Origin: Escherichia coli
GTDB lineage: Bacteria; Pseudomonadota; Gammaproteobacteria; Enterobacterales; Enterobacteriaceae
NCBI RefSeq assembly: GCF_024223415.1
Contig: NZ_CP100500.1
Reading direction: 5' to 3' (one strand)
DNA: 64,000 bases
In this document: in pieces, positions 50,603-61,417 of the stretch
Layout: every line of letters starts with the position of its first letter
Numbering within the stretch: position 1 is the stretch's first letter
Notes under the pieces: generated by a model
The model's input: the letters and a program-made list of their open reading frames with translations, nothing else
Databases searched by the model: none
What the model was told of the DNA's origin: nothing
Translations under genes and position numbers: made by a program

Positions 50603-52651
50603 CTAATCATTTCCCTTACGAATATATGGGCCAAAAGCCCAAGAATCATAATAAGGGTGATGGACTAGTTTTTCATTAAATCGAACACTATAAGTTAATT
50701 TTTTTATATTTTTACGTACAGCATTAATACTGGGCAAAGAGGAAAGATAATCTATAAACTTATCGATAGTGATTTCCCCTTCGCAACACTCAAACCCATC
50801 AATGATATTTTTCGCCATTTTTCCATTTTCATTTGTTTGATATATCACTCCAGGTATTCGTTGAAAAAAACTAGATAATGCATATTTGTCCGCTACATAT
50901 GTATCATCCACATGATATTTCCCACCGAGCATAGTTGTAGTAACAATAAGCTTATACACACCTTTGGGTTGCCATGTTGATGGTAGTTCGAATTCTTTAA
51001 TGATCACATCAAGATGATTAAGATAATGTTCAGAAATTCGATTTATTTGTTGAAAATAAGAACGCATAAATTTATTATTATGATCATGTATTAATGAGCT
51101 ATCTCCAACGATGTTACACATTTGCTGATAGTATTTACCATAATATATTGGTTGACCATTTGATTTTAGTTCTGTAAAAATCAAACAATCATCCAGGAGA
51201 ATCACGCAATCGCACTGATAATTAGCATGAGCATCAATTGGAGAAGCTTTAATCCCCGCATCACGAACTTGTTTTATAAATTGTTGCTCATGAAATCGCC
51301 CTTTACTTGCTTGAGAAATTTTTTTGGAACCAAATAATGACATTAGAGAGCGAGTCACTGAGCTATTTGCTATTAATGCAGGCATTAAGCATAAACCGTC
51401 CATACAGGGAATAAATGGGCAATCATTAAGATCATGTGATTTTGAATTGAAGGTAAAATAATCTATCAGTTTTTTTGCTGCATCTGCTGCAATCCCCTTA
51501 CGTTGAAAGAATGATAACCAACTCTCACGGCTTTTTATGATCAGCCAGCGATCCAACTGTAGGGGTATAGGTTTTGTCGATGAAAATCTTTTGCTCATTT
51601 CTTCTTTAGATAACTCGACTAAACATTGATAAGCGTGCACCCAATTAAATAATGATATATTCCCATATTCTTCATGAAGGTCATCAGGAGACATATTTTC
51701 CAACTCGCTTAGATGAAATGAGCTAAAAACGCCATCAGAATTTAAGTAAGATGGCATATGATCCTTTACCCAACTATTTAGATGAAAATGTTTGTTACTA
51801 AATTCATGAACTTCGCTATATAGATGTGACGCTCTCATCATTAGTCTATTTCTTGCAATCTCATAATCTCGGTATAAACAAAAACTATCAACCTCAAGAG
51901 AGTAAATGTTATTATCCAATTTTGTAAATACTGCACTACTTAGTCTGAAAAAGTCTCTTACTCTGCTTAATGAGTCAAAAACATTCCACTCATTAAGGTA
52001 CCCTCCCATTGAAAGCAAGGTTTGTTTATTCACACAAGAAGTTAGTTTCAATGGCTCATGAGTCCGTAAATAAGAAAATATTCTTCCGGTGTAATTGGCT
52101 ACCTCATCAAATGCCCTATCGATAACTCGAAAATATTCGATATCAGGTTCAGCATGAATATTAATATTTTCAGAAACGATAAATAATGGAAAAATCCTCT
52201 TCATTTTTTTAGGATCATTGACCACAACCAAGGATGATAATGATGATAAAAACATCTCACAAAACATGATGAGATTAAGTATTAATGCATGTGATTTTTT
52301 TGTATTTTTACGCCAAATACCAGCACATTTTGTAGCCGCAAAGAAAGAATTATTTATATCATGCATAATTTTACATTGACTCTCGAACTCAGAAATTAGT
52401 TCAATGTTATCAGGAAATGAGTTTACTAGCTCATTAATACATTTTTTGAATGTATTGTTATACTCAACTTCAGTCTGAACTGAAAATCTATTATAATAGA
52501 TGGAAGATATTCTCAGCACATCCAAGGCGATATCTATACTAATATCATCTCTTTTTATGTACTCACAAAAAAAAGAACAAAACTGTTTCGGGTCGTTAGC
52601 AAGATTACTAATTCTAGTGGTATCATAAACTTTTTCCATTTTTCCATACAT
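50603..52651 (-). CDS. 682-aa hypothetical protein, very AT-rich, possible C-terminal PD-(D/E)xK-like patch
   Basis: Long uninterrupted ORF in the most AT-rich stretch of the window, adjacent to leuX. No recognisable P-loop. C-terminal segment …YQCDCVILLDDCLIFTELK… has the hydrophobic-D…E-x-K spacing of PD-(D/E)xK nucleases (weak, by eye). Confidence 0.6.
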   Translation of the reverse strand: MYGKMEKVYDTTRISNLANDPKQFCSFFCEYIKRDDISIDIALDVLRISSIYYNRFSVQTEVEYNNTFKKCINELVNSFPDNIELISEFESQCKIMHDINNSFFAATKCAGIWRKNTKKSHALILNLIMFCEMFLSSLSSLVVVNDPKKMKRIFPLFIVSENINIHAEPDIEYFRVIDRAFDEVANYTGRIFSYLRTHEPLKLTSCVNKQTLLSMGGYLNEWNVFDSLSRVRDFFRLSSAVFTKLDNNIYSLEVDSFCLYRDYEIARNRLMMRASHLYSEVHEFSNKHFHLNSWVKDHMPSYLNSDGVFSSFHLSELENMSPDDLHEEYGNISLFNWVHAYQCLVELSKEEMSKRFSSTKPIPLQLDRWLIIKSRESWLSFFQRKGIAADAAKKLIDYFTFNSKSHDLNDCPFIPCMDGLCLMPALIANSSVTRSLMSLFGSKKISQASKGRFHEQQFIKQVRDAGIKASPIDAHANYQCDCVILLDDCLIFTELKSNGQPIYYGKYYQQMCNIVGDSSLIHDHNNKFMRSYFQQINRISEHYLNHLDVIIKEFELPSTWQPKGVYKLIVTTTMLGGKYHVDDTYVADKYALSSFFQRIPGVIYQTNENGKMAKNIIDGFECCEGEITIDKFIDYLSSLPSINAVRKNIKKLTYSVRFNEKLVHHPYYDSWAFGPYIRKGND

Positions 52652-53328
52652 CCTATTGTCTAAATTACTATAAAACTAGCCACTTAACTAATAATTATAA
52701 ATTTCATCTTTTACACCTTGCATTTTTATAACCAATGAAATCTACGACAAGCAACTGATGGATAATCCGATATTGGTCGCATTTAATGGCATGGTAGCAA
52801 AGTTTTCATCACATACCTCCTTTGCACCAGAATAAACGCCAGAGATCTGAAATTGCGAGTACACTACAGAAATTGTACTGCCGGTCCCATCAGCATAAAA
52901 CCATAGTTACACAGGTAATCATCATTATTCGCCAAGATAATAAATATTATTCGGTAGAATAGCGTTCTCAGGTGGTCAGTATAATTGTCTTCAACAAGAT
53001 GTCTGCGCATCTCGTCTGCTAGCCCTACATAACTGCTCTCGACCGAAACTATTTATTGAATGTTCACCAAGGTGGGCGTGGAGACAAAATGACGTCTTTT
53101 GATATTAGCTACCTGAGCCACATGGTCAAAACGTTCAAGTAGCATAGCGAAACCACCCTGCCCACGTAATGTGGACGATGCAGCTTCCAGCCAGAGCAAA
53201 CTTGGGACCATCGACTACAAAATGAAGAATACTGAACTGCTTTTCTGGCAGGCCTATATACTGCACGGATATGGGTGATTTCAGACACAAAAAAAGCCGC
53301 CCTTGAGCGACTCGATTTGCATACGGTG

Positions 53329-53413
53329 TGGTGCCGAAGGCCGGACTCGAACCGGCACGTATTTCTACGGTTGATTTTGAATCAACTGCGTCTACCGATT
53401 TCGCCACTTCGGC
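53329..53413 (-). tRNA. leuX: tRNA-Leu (anticodon CAA)
   Basis: Reverse complement reads GCCGAAGTGGCGAAATCGGTAGACGCAGTTGATTCAAAATCAACCGTAGAAATACGTGCCGGTTCGAGTCCGGCCTTCGGCACCA, with anticodon loop TTCAAAA and a T-run downstream. Confidence 0.95.
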
Positions 53414-53608
53414 ACTGAAGAGGTATGCGGAAAACGTTGTGGATTATACCTGTCGCACGCCACCATGCAAGCGCCAGCTTGCTCGCACCTCGCTAAGTGC
53501 TGAAATTTTCAGCATTGCATACAGCGATGTGTAACCTTTGTCACACTCCAGGCACCCCGCCCTGCCATGCTCTACACTTCCCAGACAACACCAGAGAAGG
53601 ACCAAAAA

Positions 53609-54628
53609 ATGTCGATGATAAAAAGCTATGCCGCAAAAGAAGCAGGCGGCGAACTGGAAGTTTATGAGTACGCTCCCGGTGAGCTGAAGCCACAAGATGT
53701 TGAAGTGCAGGTGGATTACTGCGGGATCTGCCATTCCGATCTGTCGATGATCGATAACGAATGGGGATTTTCACAATATCCGCTGGTTGCCGGGCATGAG
53801 GTGATTGGGCGCGTGGTGGCACTCGGGAGCGCCGCGCAGGATAAAGGTTTGCAGGTCGGTCAGCGTGTCGGGATTGGCTGGACGGCGCGTAGCTGTGGTC
53901 ACTGCGACGCCTGTATTAGCGGTAATCAGATCAACTGCGAGCAAGGTGCGGTGCCGACGATTATGAATCGCGGTGGCTTTGCCGAGAAGTTGCGTGCGGA
54001 CTGGCAATGGGTGATTCCACTGCCAGAAAATATTGATATCGAGTCCGCCGGGCCGCTGTTGTGCGGCGGTATCACGGTCTTTAAACCACTGTTGATGCAC
54101 CATATCACTGCTACCAGCCGCGTTGGGGTAATTGGTATTGGCGGGCTGGGGCATATCGCTATAAAACTTCTGCACGCAATGGGATGCGAGGTGACAGCCT
54201 TTAGTTCTAATCCGGCGAAAGAGCAGGAAGTGCTGGCGATGGGTGCCGATAAAGTGGTGAATAGCCGCGATCCGCAGGCACTGAAAGCACTGGCGGGGCA
54301 GTTTGATCTCATTATCAACACCGTCAACGTCAGCCTCGACTGGCAGCCCTATTTTGAGGCGCTGACCTATGGCGGTAATTTCCATACGGTCGGTGCGGTT
54401 CTCACGCCGCTGTCTGTTCCGGCCTTTACGTTAATTGCGGGCGATCGCAGCGTCTCTGGTTCTGCTACCGGCACGCCTTATGAGTTGCGTAAGCTGATGC
54501 GCTTTGCCGCCCGCAGCAAGGTTGCGCCGACTACCGAACTGTTCCCGATGTCGAAAATTAACGACGCCATCCAGCATGTGCGCGACGGTAAGGCGCGTTA
54601 CCGCGTGGTGTTGAAAGCCGATTTTTGA
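53609..54628 (+). CDS. ahr: NADPH-dependent aldehyde reductase (zinc-type alcohol dehydrogenase)
   Basis: The start is taken at [21 protein letters not shown]. Zn-ADH motifs GHEVIGRV and CGHCDAC are present, followed by a GxGxxG NAD(P)-binding motif. Confidence 0.9.
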   Translation: MSMIKSYAAKEAGGELEVYEYAPGELKPQDVEVQVDYCGICHSDLSMIDNEWGFSQYPLVAGHEVIGRVVALGSAAQDKGLQVGQRVGIGWTARSCGHCDACISGNQINCEQGAVPTIMNRGGFAEKLRADWQWVIPLPENIDIESAGPLLCGGITVFKPLLMHHITATSRVGVIGIGGLGHIAIKLLHAMGCEVTAFSSNPAKEQEVLAMGADKVVNSRDPQALKALAGQFDLIINTVNVSLDWQPYFEALTYGGNFHTVGAVLTPLSVPAFTLIAGDRSVSGSATGTPYELRKLMRFAARSKVAPTTELFPMSKINDAIQHVRDGKARYRVVLKADF

Positions 54629-54631
54629 AAA

Positions 54632-55195
54632 TCATTCGCAGCGCTGATCTGAGGCGCTGCCCTCTTTCGCACGTATTCTGTTTTGTCGTATCGCCAGCAC
54701 AGCCTGCCGACATTGTTCGGTGACATTGGCAATATCATGGTTGATATCAATGCGCACAATATCCTGTTCATCTGCTTGTGGACGCTCCAGTGCCTCAAAC
54801 TGACTTTTTAGTAACGCTACCGGCATAAAATGCCCAGCCCGACGCTGCATTCGCGCGAGAATAGTTTCATAGTCGCCATCTAACCAGAGGAAATGAACAT
54901 GGGGGCTACCCTTGCGTAAAATATCACGATACTGTTTTTTTAATGACGAACAGACAATAAATCCTGTTTCATTCTTTTTATAAAGACTGTATGAAGCATC
55001 ATTTAAGCGTTCCAGCCAGGGAAGTCGATCTTCATCAGATAATGGAATACCCTGCGACATTTTATCTATATTTTTGGCTGGATGAAGATCGTCACCATCA
55101 ATAAATTTAGCAGATAATAACGCGGCAACCTTGCTACCAATTAATGTTTTACCACTCCCTGAAACGCCCATCAAAATAAAGCTTTCACCCGCCAT
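54632..55195 (-). CDS. idnK: gluconokinase (thermosensitive, idonate pathway)
   Basis: 187-aa protein with P-loop MAGESFILMGVSGSGKTLIGS, divergent from idnD. Confidence 0.9.
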   Translation of the reverse strand: MAGESFILMGVSGSGKTLIGSKVAALLSAKFIDGDDLHPAKNIDKMSQGIPLSDEDRLPWLERLNDASYSLYKKNETGFIVCSSLKKQYRDILRKGSPHVHFLWLDGDYETILARMQRRAGHFMPVALLKSQFEALERPQADEQDIVRIDINHDIANVTEQCRQAVLAIRQNRIRAKEGSASDQRCE

Positions 55196-55295
55196 TTAAA
55201 ATCTCCTGAATCATCTTACCTGCTGCGATACTACGCCTGGCGGCATAATAATTTCACGTTTTTTTATTTCTGCTGATAAGAATTACAAGGCACAT

Positions 55296-55326
55296 CACGT
55301 TATGCGTAACATAGTAATGTAACAAT
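55296..55326. promoter_or_regulatory. candidate GntR/IdnR-type operator(s) in the idnK-idnD divergent promoter region
   Basis: acgttatgcgtaacat followed by agtaatgtaacaat: imperfect TGTTAC/GTAACA-type palindromes between the divergent idn genes. Confidence 0.35.
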
Positions 55327-55411
55327 TTTCTGACGTGATCTTCATCACAAATAATGACAATTAAAACCGCTTAAATGCTTCCGAGGTGTCTACCTGACCA
55401 GTGAGGAATTT

Positions 55412-56443
55412 ATGCAAGTGAAAACACAGTCCTGCGTTGTTGCGGGCAAGAAAACTGTTGCCGTTACCGAGCAGACGATAGATTGGAATAATAATGGAAC
55501 ATTAGTACAAATAACCCGAGGTGGAATTTGCGGTTCCGATTTACATTATTATCAGGAAGGAAAAGTAGGTAATTTCATGATAAAGGCACCGATGGTGTTA
55601 GGTCATGAAGTTATCGGTAAAGTTATTCATAGCGACTCATCAGAATTACATGAAGGGCAAACGGTAGCCATTAATCCGTCTAAACCGTGCGGTCACTGCA
55701 AATACTGCATTGAACATAACGAGAATCAGTGTACAGATATGCGTTTTTTTGGCAGTGCCATGTATTTCCCTCATGTTGATGGTGGTTTTACCCGTTATAA
55801 AATGGTCGAAACGTCGCAATGTGTCCCTTATCCGGCCAAAGCTGACGAAAAGGTTATGGCTTTTGCCGAACCTTTAGCCGTCGCGATTCATGCCGCACAT
55901 CAGGCCGGCGAGTTACAGGGCAAGCGAGTATTTATTTCCGGTGTTGGACCCATTGGCTGCCTGATTGTCAGTGCAGTGAAAACACTGGGGGCCGCGGAAA
56001 TTGTCTGTGCTGATGTGAGTCCCCGTTCCCTTTCGCTGGGCAAAGAGATGGGGGCGGATGTGCTCGTAAACCCACAAAACGACGACATGGATCACTGGAA
56101 AGCGGAAAAAGGCTATTTCGATGTCAGCTTTGAAGTGTCCGGTCATCCTTCATCAGTGAATACCTGTCTGGAGGTCACTCGTGCACGCGGCGTAATGGTG
56201 CAGGTAGGTATGGGAGGCGCGATGGCAGAATTCCCAATGATGACGTTGATTGGTAAGGAGATTTCACTCAGAGGCTCTTTCCGTTTTACCAGCGAATTTA
56301 ATACCGCAGTGTCATGGCTGGCGAATGGCGTTATCAATCCACTGCCTTTACTGAGTGCTGAATATCCCTTCACTGACCTGGAAGAGGCGCTACGTTTCGC
56401 CGGTGATAAAACCCAGGCAGCAAAAGTCCAGCTTGTTTTCTAA
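55412..56443 (+). CDS. idnD: L-idonate 5-dehydrogenase
   Basis: 343-aa Zn-dependent MDR dehydrogenase (GGICGSDLHYY, GHEVIGKV, CGHCKYC). Confidence 0.9.
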   Translation: MQVKTQSCVVAGKKTVAVTEQTIDWNNNGTLVQITRGGICGSDLHYYQEGKVGNFMIKAPMVLGHEVIGKVIHSDSSELHEGQTVAINPSKPCGHCKYCIEHNENQCTDMRFFGSAMYFPHVDGGFTRYKMVETSQCVPYPAKADEKVMAFAEPLAVAIHAAHQAGELQGKRVFISGVGPIGCLIVSAVKTLGAAEIVCADVSPRSLSLGKEMGADVLVNPQNDDMDHWKAEKGYFDVSFEVSGHPSSVNTCLEVTRARGVMVQVGMGGAMAEFPMMTLIGKEISLRGSFRFTSEFNTAVSWLANGVINPLPLLSAEYPFTDLEEALRFAGDKTQAAKVQLVF

Positions 56444-56466
56444 GAGATAAATAAAGGAATAATACA

Positions 56467-57231
56467 ATGAACGATCTATTTTCACTGGCAGGAAAAAATA
56501 TCTTGATTACCGGTTCAGCACAGGGCATTGGCTTTTTACTGGCAAGCGGCCTGGGTAAATATGGCGCACAAATAATTATTAATGATATTACTGCCGAACG
56601 CGCAGAACTTGCTGTAGAAAAACTCCACCAGGAGGGTATTCAGGCCGTTGCCGCACCTTTTAATGTTACTCATAAACATGAAATTGATGCCGCCGTTGAA
56701 CATATCGAAAAGGACATCGGCCCCATTGATGTGCTGGTGAATAACGCCGGTATCCAGCGCCGTCATCCTTTTACTGAGTTCCCTGAACAAGAGTGGAATG
56801 ATGTGATCGCAGTAAACCAGACCGCCGTGTTCCTGGTATCGCAAGCGGTAACTCGTCACATGGTTGAACGCAAGGCAGGTAAAGTTATTAATATTTGCTC
56901 GATGCAAAGCGAACTGGGACGTGACACCATCACCCCTTATGCCGCATCGAAAGGGGCGGTAAAAATGCTCACCCGCGGCATGTGCGTCGAGCTGGCGCGC
57001 CACAATATTCAGGTCAACGGTATTGCGCCGGGCTATTTCAAAACAGAAATGACTAAAGCACTGGTTGAGGACGAAGCCTTCACCGCCTGGTTGTGCAAAC
57101 GGACCCCCGCCGCACGCTGGGGAGATCCGCAGGAACTGATTGGTGCTGCGGTGTTCCTTTCTTCAAAAGCCTCTGATTTCGTAAACGGCCACCTGTTGTT
57201 TGTTGATGGCGGCATGTTAGTGGCTGTTTAA
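56467..57231 (+). CDS. idnO: 5-keto-D-gluconate 5-reductase (SDR family)
   Basis: 254-aa short-chain dehydrogenase (TGSAQGIG cofactor motif, YAASKGAVK catalytic motif). Confidence 0.9.
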   Translation: MNDLFSLAGKNILITGSAQGIGFLLASGLGKYGAQIIINDITAERAELAVEKLHQEGIQAVAAPFNVTHKHEIDAAVEHIEKDIGPIDVLVNNAGIQRRHPFTEFPEQEWNDVIAVNQTAVFLVSQAVTRHMVERKAGKVINICSMQSELGRDTITPYAASKGAVKMLTRGMCVELARHNIQVNGIAPGYFKTEMTKALVEDEAFTAWLCKRTPAARWGDPQELIGAAVFLSSKASDFVNGHLLFVDGGMLVAV

Positions 57232-57292
57232 CAGCCCCCCTACGTGCAGCGCGAAAGCGCTGCTTTTCTGGCACTAATAAGAGATAAAGACT

Positions 57293-58612
57293 ATGCCATT
57301 AATCATTATTGCGGCAGGCGTCGCGCTGCTTCTTATCCTGATGATCGGCTTTAAAGTTAACGGCTTTATTGCCCTCGTTCTGGTAGCTGCCGTCGTCGGA
57401 TTTGCCGAAGGGATGGATGCACAGGCCGTCCTGCACTCTATACAAAATGGTATCGGCAGCACGCTCGGCGGGCTGGCAATGATCCTCGGTTTCGGGGCCA
57501 TGTTAGGCAAGCTGATTTCTGATACGGGTGCGGCACAACGTATCGCCACTACGCTGATTGCTACTTTTGGTAAAAAACGCGTGCAATGGGCGCTAGTGAT
57601 CACCGGTCTGGTTGTGGGCCTCGCCATGTTTTTTGAAGTGGGTTTTGTCCTGCTGTTGCCGTTGGTATTTACCATCGTAGCATCATCAGGATTACCCCTG
57701 TTGTATGTTGGCGTACCAATGGTAGCAGCGCTCTCTGTAACCCACTGTTTTCTGCCGCCACATTCAGGGCCTACTGCCATCGCGACTATCTTTGAGGCTA
57801 ATCTCGGAACGACTTTACTGTATGGATTTATCATTACCATTCCGACAGTTATTGTCGCAGGACCGCTGTTTTCTAAACTGCTAACTCGCTTTGAGAAAGC
57901 ACCACCGGAAGGCTTATTTAATCCTCATCTGTTTAGCGAAGAGGAGATGCCCTCCTTCTGGAACAGTATTTTCGCTGCCGTGATCCCGGTCATCCTGATG
58001 GCTATCGCCGCCGTTTGTGAAATTACGTTACCGAAAACTAACACCGTGCGCCTCTTCTTTGAATTTGTCGGTAACCCTGCCGTTGCGCTGTTTATTGCCA
58101 TTGTTATTGCGATTTTCACACTGGGCCGACGTAATGGACGCACCATCGAGCAAATCATGGATATCATTGGGGATTCTATAGGCGCTATCGCGATGATTGT
58201 GTTTATTATCGCTGGCGGCGGCGCGTTTAAGCAGGTATTAGTAGATAGCGGTGTCGGGCACTATATTTCACACTTAATGACCGGAACTACACTTTCGCCG
58301 TTATTGATGTGCTGGACTGTTGCGGCGCTGTTGCGTATCGCTCTGGGCTCTGCCACCGTCGCGGCCATTACCACCGCGGGTGTGGTGTTGCCGATTATCA
58401 ACGTTACCCATGCCGATCCCGCTTTAATGGTACTGGCAACCGGTGCGGGCAGCGTGATCGCGTCACACGTAAACGACCCTGGCTTCTGGCTATTTAAAGG
58501 GTATTTTAATCTGACGGTTGGTGAAACGTTGCGTACCTGGACGGTGATGGAAACCCTTATTTCTATTATGGGTTTGCTGGGCGTGTTAGCCATTAACGCC
58601 GTATTGCACTGA
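57293..58612 (+). CDS. idnT: L-idonate/5-ketogluconate/gluconate transporter (GntP family)
   Basis: 439-aa polytopic membrane protein, paralogous to the gntP product at 2638-3981. Confidence 0.9.
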   Translation: MPLIIIAAGVALLLILMIGFKVNGFIALVLVAAVVGFAEGMDAQAVLHSIQNGIGSTLGGLAMILGFGAMLGKLISDTGAAQRIATTLIATFGKKRVQWALVITGLVVGLAMFFEVGFVLLLPLVFTIVASSGLPLLYVGVPMVAALSVTHCFLPPHSGPTAIATIFEANLGTTLLYGFIITIPTVIVAGPLFSKLLTRFEKAPPEGLFNPHLFSEEEMPSFWNSIFAAVIPVILMAIAAVCEITLPKTNTVRLFFEFVGNPAVALFIAIVIAIFTLGRRNGRTIEQIMDIIGDSIGAIAMIVFIIAGGGAFKQVLVDSGVGHYISHLMTGTTLSPLLMCWTVAALLRIALGSATVAAITTAGVVLPIINVTHADPALMVLATGAGSVIASHVNDPGFWLFKGYFNLTVGETLRTWTVMETLISIMGLLGVLAINAVLH

Positions 58613-58678
58613 AAGAATAAAATATTGTGATGTAGTTTCGGGGGAAGATTGAAGATTCCCCCGACGTTGGGAGAAGTT

Positions 58679-59677
58679 ATGCGCAATCACAGAATTTCTT
58701 TACAGGATATCGCTACGCTGGCTGGCGTAACAAAAATGACCGTGAGTCGTTATATCCGCTCGCCGAAAAAGGTGGCAAAGGAAACAGGCGAGCGCATCGC
58801 CAAAATTATGGAAGAGATCAATTATATCCCTAATCGCGCTCCCGGCATGTTGTTGAATGCACAAAGTTATACCCTCGGTATCTTGATTCCGTCATTTCAA
58901 AATCAACTCTTCGCTGACATTCTCGCGGGAATAGAATCCGTCACCTCTGAGCATAATTATCAGACCCTTATTGCTAATTACAATTACGATCGCGATTCCG
59001 AAGAAGAGTCGGTGATTAACCTGCTCTCTTATAACATTGACGGGATTATACTTTCGGAAAAATATCACACCATCAGGACGGTGAAATTTCTGCGTTCAGC
59101 CACCATTCCGGTCGTGGAATTGATGGATGTACAGGGAGAACGGCTGGATATGGAGGTCGGTTTTGATAATCGGCAGGCCGCTTTTGACATGGTGTGTACC
59201 ATGCTGGAGAAGCGAGTCAGGCACAAAATTCTGTATCTCGGTTCCAAAGATGACACCCGCGATGAACAGCGTTATCAGGGGTATTGCGATGCGATGATGC
59301 TGCATAATCTTTCCCCATTACGCATGAATCCACGCGCCATCTCATCCATTCATTTAGGAATGCAGTTAATGCGTGATGCCCTTAGCGCAAACCCGGATTT
59401 AGACGGTGTATTTTGCACCAATGACGATATTGCGATGGGTGCGCTTCTGCTGTGCCGCGAGCGAAACCTCGCCGTGCCAGAACAAATTTCCATTGCGGGT
59501 TTTCATGGGCTGGAGATTGGCAGGCAAATGATCCCAAGCCTCGCCAGCGTAATTACTCCCCGTTTTGATATTGGTCGGATGGCCGCCCAAATGTTGCTGA
59601 GCAAAATTAAAAATAACGATCACAACCACAACACTGTTGACCTCGGGTATCAGATTTATCACGGCAACACGCTTTAG
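58679..59677 (+). CDS. idnR: LacI-family transcriptional regulator of the idn operon
   Basis: The start is taken at [27 protein letters not shown] (helix-turn-helix), followed by a periplasmic-binding-protein-like domain. Confidence 0.85.
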   Translation: MRNHRISLQDIATLAGVTKMTVSRYIRSPKKVAKETGERIAKIMEEINYIPNRAPGMLLNAQSYTLGILIPSFQNQLFADILAGIESVTSEHNYQTLIANYNYDRDSEEESVINLLSYNIDGIILSEKYHTIRTVKFLRSATIPVVELMDVQGERLDMEVGFDNRQAAFDMVCTMLEKRVRHKILYLGSKDDTRDEQRYQGYCDAMMLHNLSPLRMNPRAISSIHLGMQLMRDALSANPDLDGVFCTNDDIAMGALLLCRERNLAVPEQISIAGFHGLEIGRQMIPSLASVITPRFDIGRMAAQMLLSKIKNNDHNHNTVDLGYQIYHGNTL

Positions 59678-59754
59678 GTTATTTTCTCTTCATTACACGT
59701 ATTCTCTTTGCCGGACGTTGCCTATACTCCAGGCAGGAAACTGGAGGAAATCTC

Positions 59755-61257
59755 ATGAGCGAACCCCTGTTAATTGCCCGCACGCCGGACACAGAACTGT
59801 TTTTACTGCCGGGAATGGCTAACCGTCACGGGCTGATTACTGGCGCAACGGGGACGGGTAAAACTGTCACGTTGCAAAAACTGGCAGAGTCATTGTCGGA
59901 AATCGGCGTGCCGGTGTTTATGGCTGATGTGAAAGGCGATCTGACCGGCGTCGCGCAGGCAGGAACGGCGTCGGAAAAACTGCTCGCAAGGCTTAAAAAT
60001 ATCGGCGTCAATGATTGGCAACCGCATGCCAATCCGGTGGTGGTGTGGGATATCTTTGGCGAGAAAGGCCATCCGGTGCGGGCGACGGTTTCGGATCTGG
60101 GGCCGCTGTTGCTGGCGCGGCTGTTGAATCTCAACGATGTGCAATCTGGCGTGCTGAATATCATTTTCCGCATTGCTGACGATCAGGGGCTGTTACTGCT
60201 CGACTTTAAAGATCTGCGGGCAATTACCCAGTACATCGGCGATAACGCCAAATCTTTCCAGAATCAGTACGGAAATATCAGTAGCGCATCGGTTGGTGCC
60301 ATCCAGCGCGGGCTGTTGTCGCTGGAACAGCAAGGCGCAGCACACTTCTTTGGTGAGCCGATGCTGGATATCAAAGACTGGATGCGCACCGATGCCAACG
60401 GTAAAGGCGTTATCAATATCCTCAGCGCCGAGAAACTTTATCAGATGCCGAAACTGTACGCCGCCAGCCTGTTGTGGATGCTCTCGGAGTTGTATGAACA
60501 ATTGCCGGAAGCGGGCGATCTGGAGAAACCAAAACTGGTGTTTTTCTTCGACGAAGCACATCTGCTGTTTAACGATGCACCGCAGGTACTGCTGGATAAG
60601 ATTGAGCAGGTGATAAGGCTTATTCGCTCAAAAGGCGTGGGCGTCTGGTTCGTTTCGCAAAACCCGTCTGATATTCCAGATAATGTGCTCGGCCAGCTCG
60701 GTAATCGCGTTCAACACGCTTTGCGTGCTTTTACGCCCAAAGATCAGAAAGCGGTAAAAGCTGCGGCGCAAACCATGCGGGCCAATCCAGCGTTTGATAC
60801 CGAAAAGGCGATTCAGGAACTGGGCACTGGCGAGGCGTTAATCTCGTTTCTCGATGCGAAAGGAAGCCCTTCTGTGGTGGAGCGTGCGATGGTGATCGCG
60901 CCTTGTTCGCGGATGGGGCCGGTGACGGAAGATGAGCGTAATGGCTTGATTAATCACTCTCCGGTGTATGGCAAGTACGAGGATGACGTGGACCGGGAAT
61001 CCGCCTATGAGATGTTGCAAAAAGGCTTTCAGGCCAGTACCGAGCAGCAAAATAATCCCCCCGCGAAAGGGAAAGAGGTAGCGGTAGATGACGGCATTCT
61101 TGGTGGATTGAAGGATATTTTGTTCGGCACTACCGGACCACGCGGCGGGAAGAAAGATGGTGTTGTGCAAACAATGGCGAAAAGCGCCGCCCGCCAGGTG
61201 ACGAATCAGATTGTGCGTGGAATGTTGGGGAGTTTGCTGGGGGGGAGAAAAAGGTAA
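59755..61257 (+). CDS. yjgR: DUF853-type P-loop NTPase (HerA-like ATPase)
   Basis: 500-aa protein with Walker [13 protein letters not shown] and Walker B-like [11 protein letters not shown]. Confidence 0.85.
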   Translation: MSEPLLIARTPDTELFLLPGMANRHGLITGATGTGKTVTLQKLAESLSEIGVPVFMADVKGDLTGVAQAGTASEKLLARLKNIGVNDWQPHANPVVVWDIFGEKGHPVRATVSDLGPLLLARLLNLNDVQSGVLNIIFRIADDQGLLLLDFKDLRAITQYIGDNAKSFQNQYGNISSASVGAIQRGLLSLEQQGAAHFFGEPMLDIKDWMRTDANGKGVINILSAEKLYQMPKLYAASLLWMLSELYEQLPEAGDLEKPKLVFFFDEAHLLFNDAPQVLLDKIEQVIRLIRSKGVGVWFVSQNPSDIPDNVLGQLGNRVQHALRAFTPKDQKAVKAAAQTMRANPAFDTEKAIQELGTGEALISFLDAKGSPSVVERAMVIAPCSRMGPVTEDERNGLINHSPVYGKYEDDVDRESAYEMLQKGFQASTEQQNNPPAKGKEVAVDDGILGGLKDILFGTTGPRGGKKDGVVQTMAKSAARQVTNQIVRGMLGSLLGGRKR

Positions 61258-61277
61258 GCCAGGTGCGATTTGTCTTT

Positions 61278-61313
61278 GCCTGATGCGACGCTGGCGCGTC
61301 TTATCATGCCTAC
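61278..61313. repeat. REP element
   Basis: gcctgatgcgacgctggcgcgtcttatcatgcctac between yjgR and lptG. Confidence 0.55.
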
Positions 61314-61417
61314 ACCACTGCAATATATTGGATTTTCATAATTTTTCAGGAATGAACGAAGCACACTTTGCTAACAATAATAAAGGGAGCTTTCGCTCCC
61401 TTTATTCGTTCATTCGG

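Noticed and set aside
52652-53328. Expected P4-type integrase next to leuX
   Set aside because: No ORF of integrase size or with recombinase motifs was found in this interval by eye. Remnants cannot be excluded without a translated search.
53135-53407. 90-aa minus-strand ORF
   Set aside because: It overlaps the leuX tRNA gene; artefact of ORF calling.
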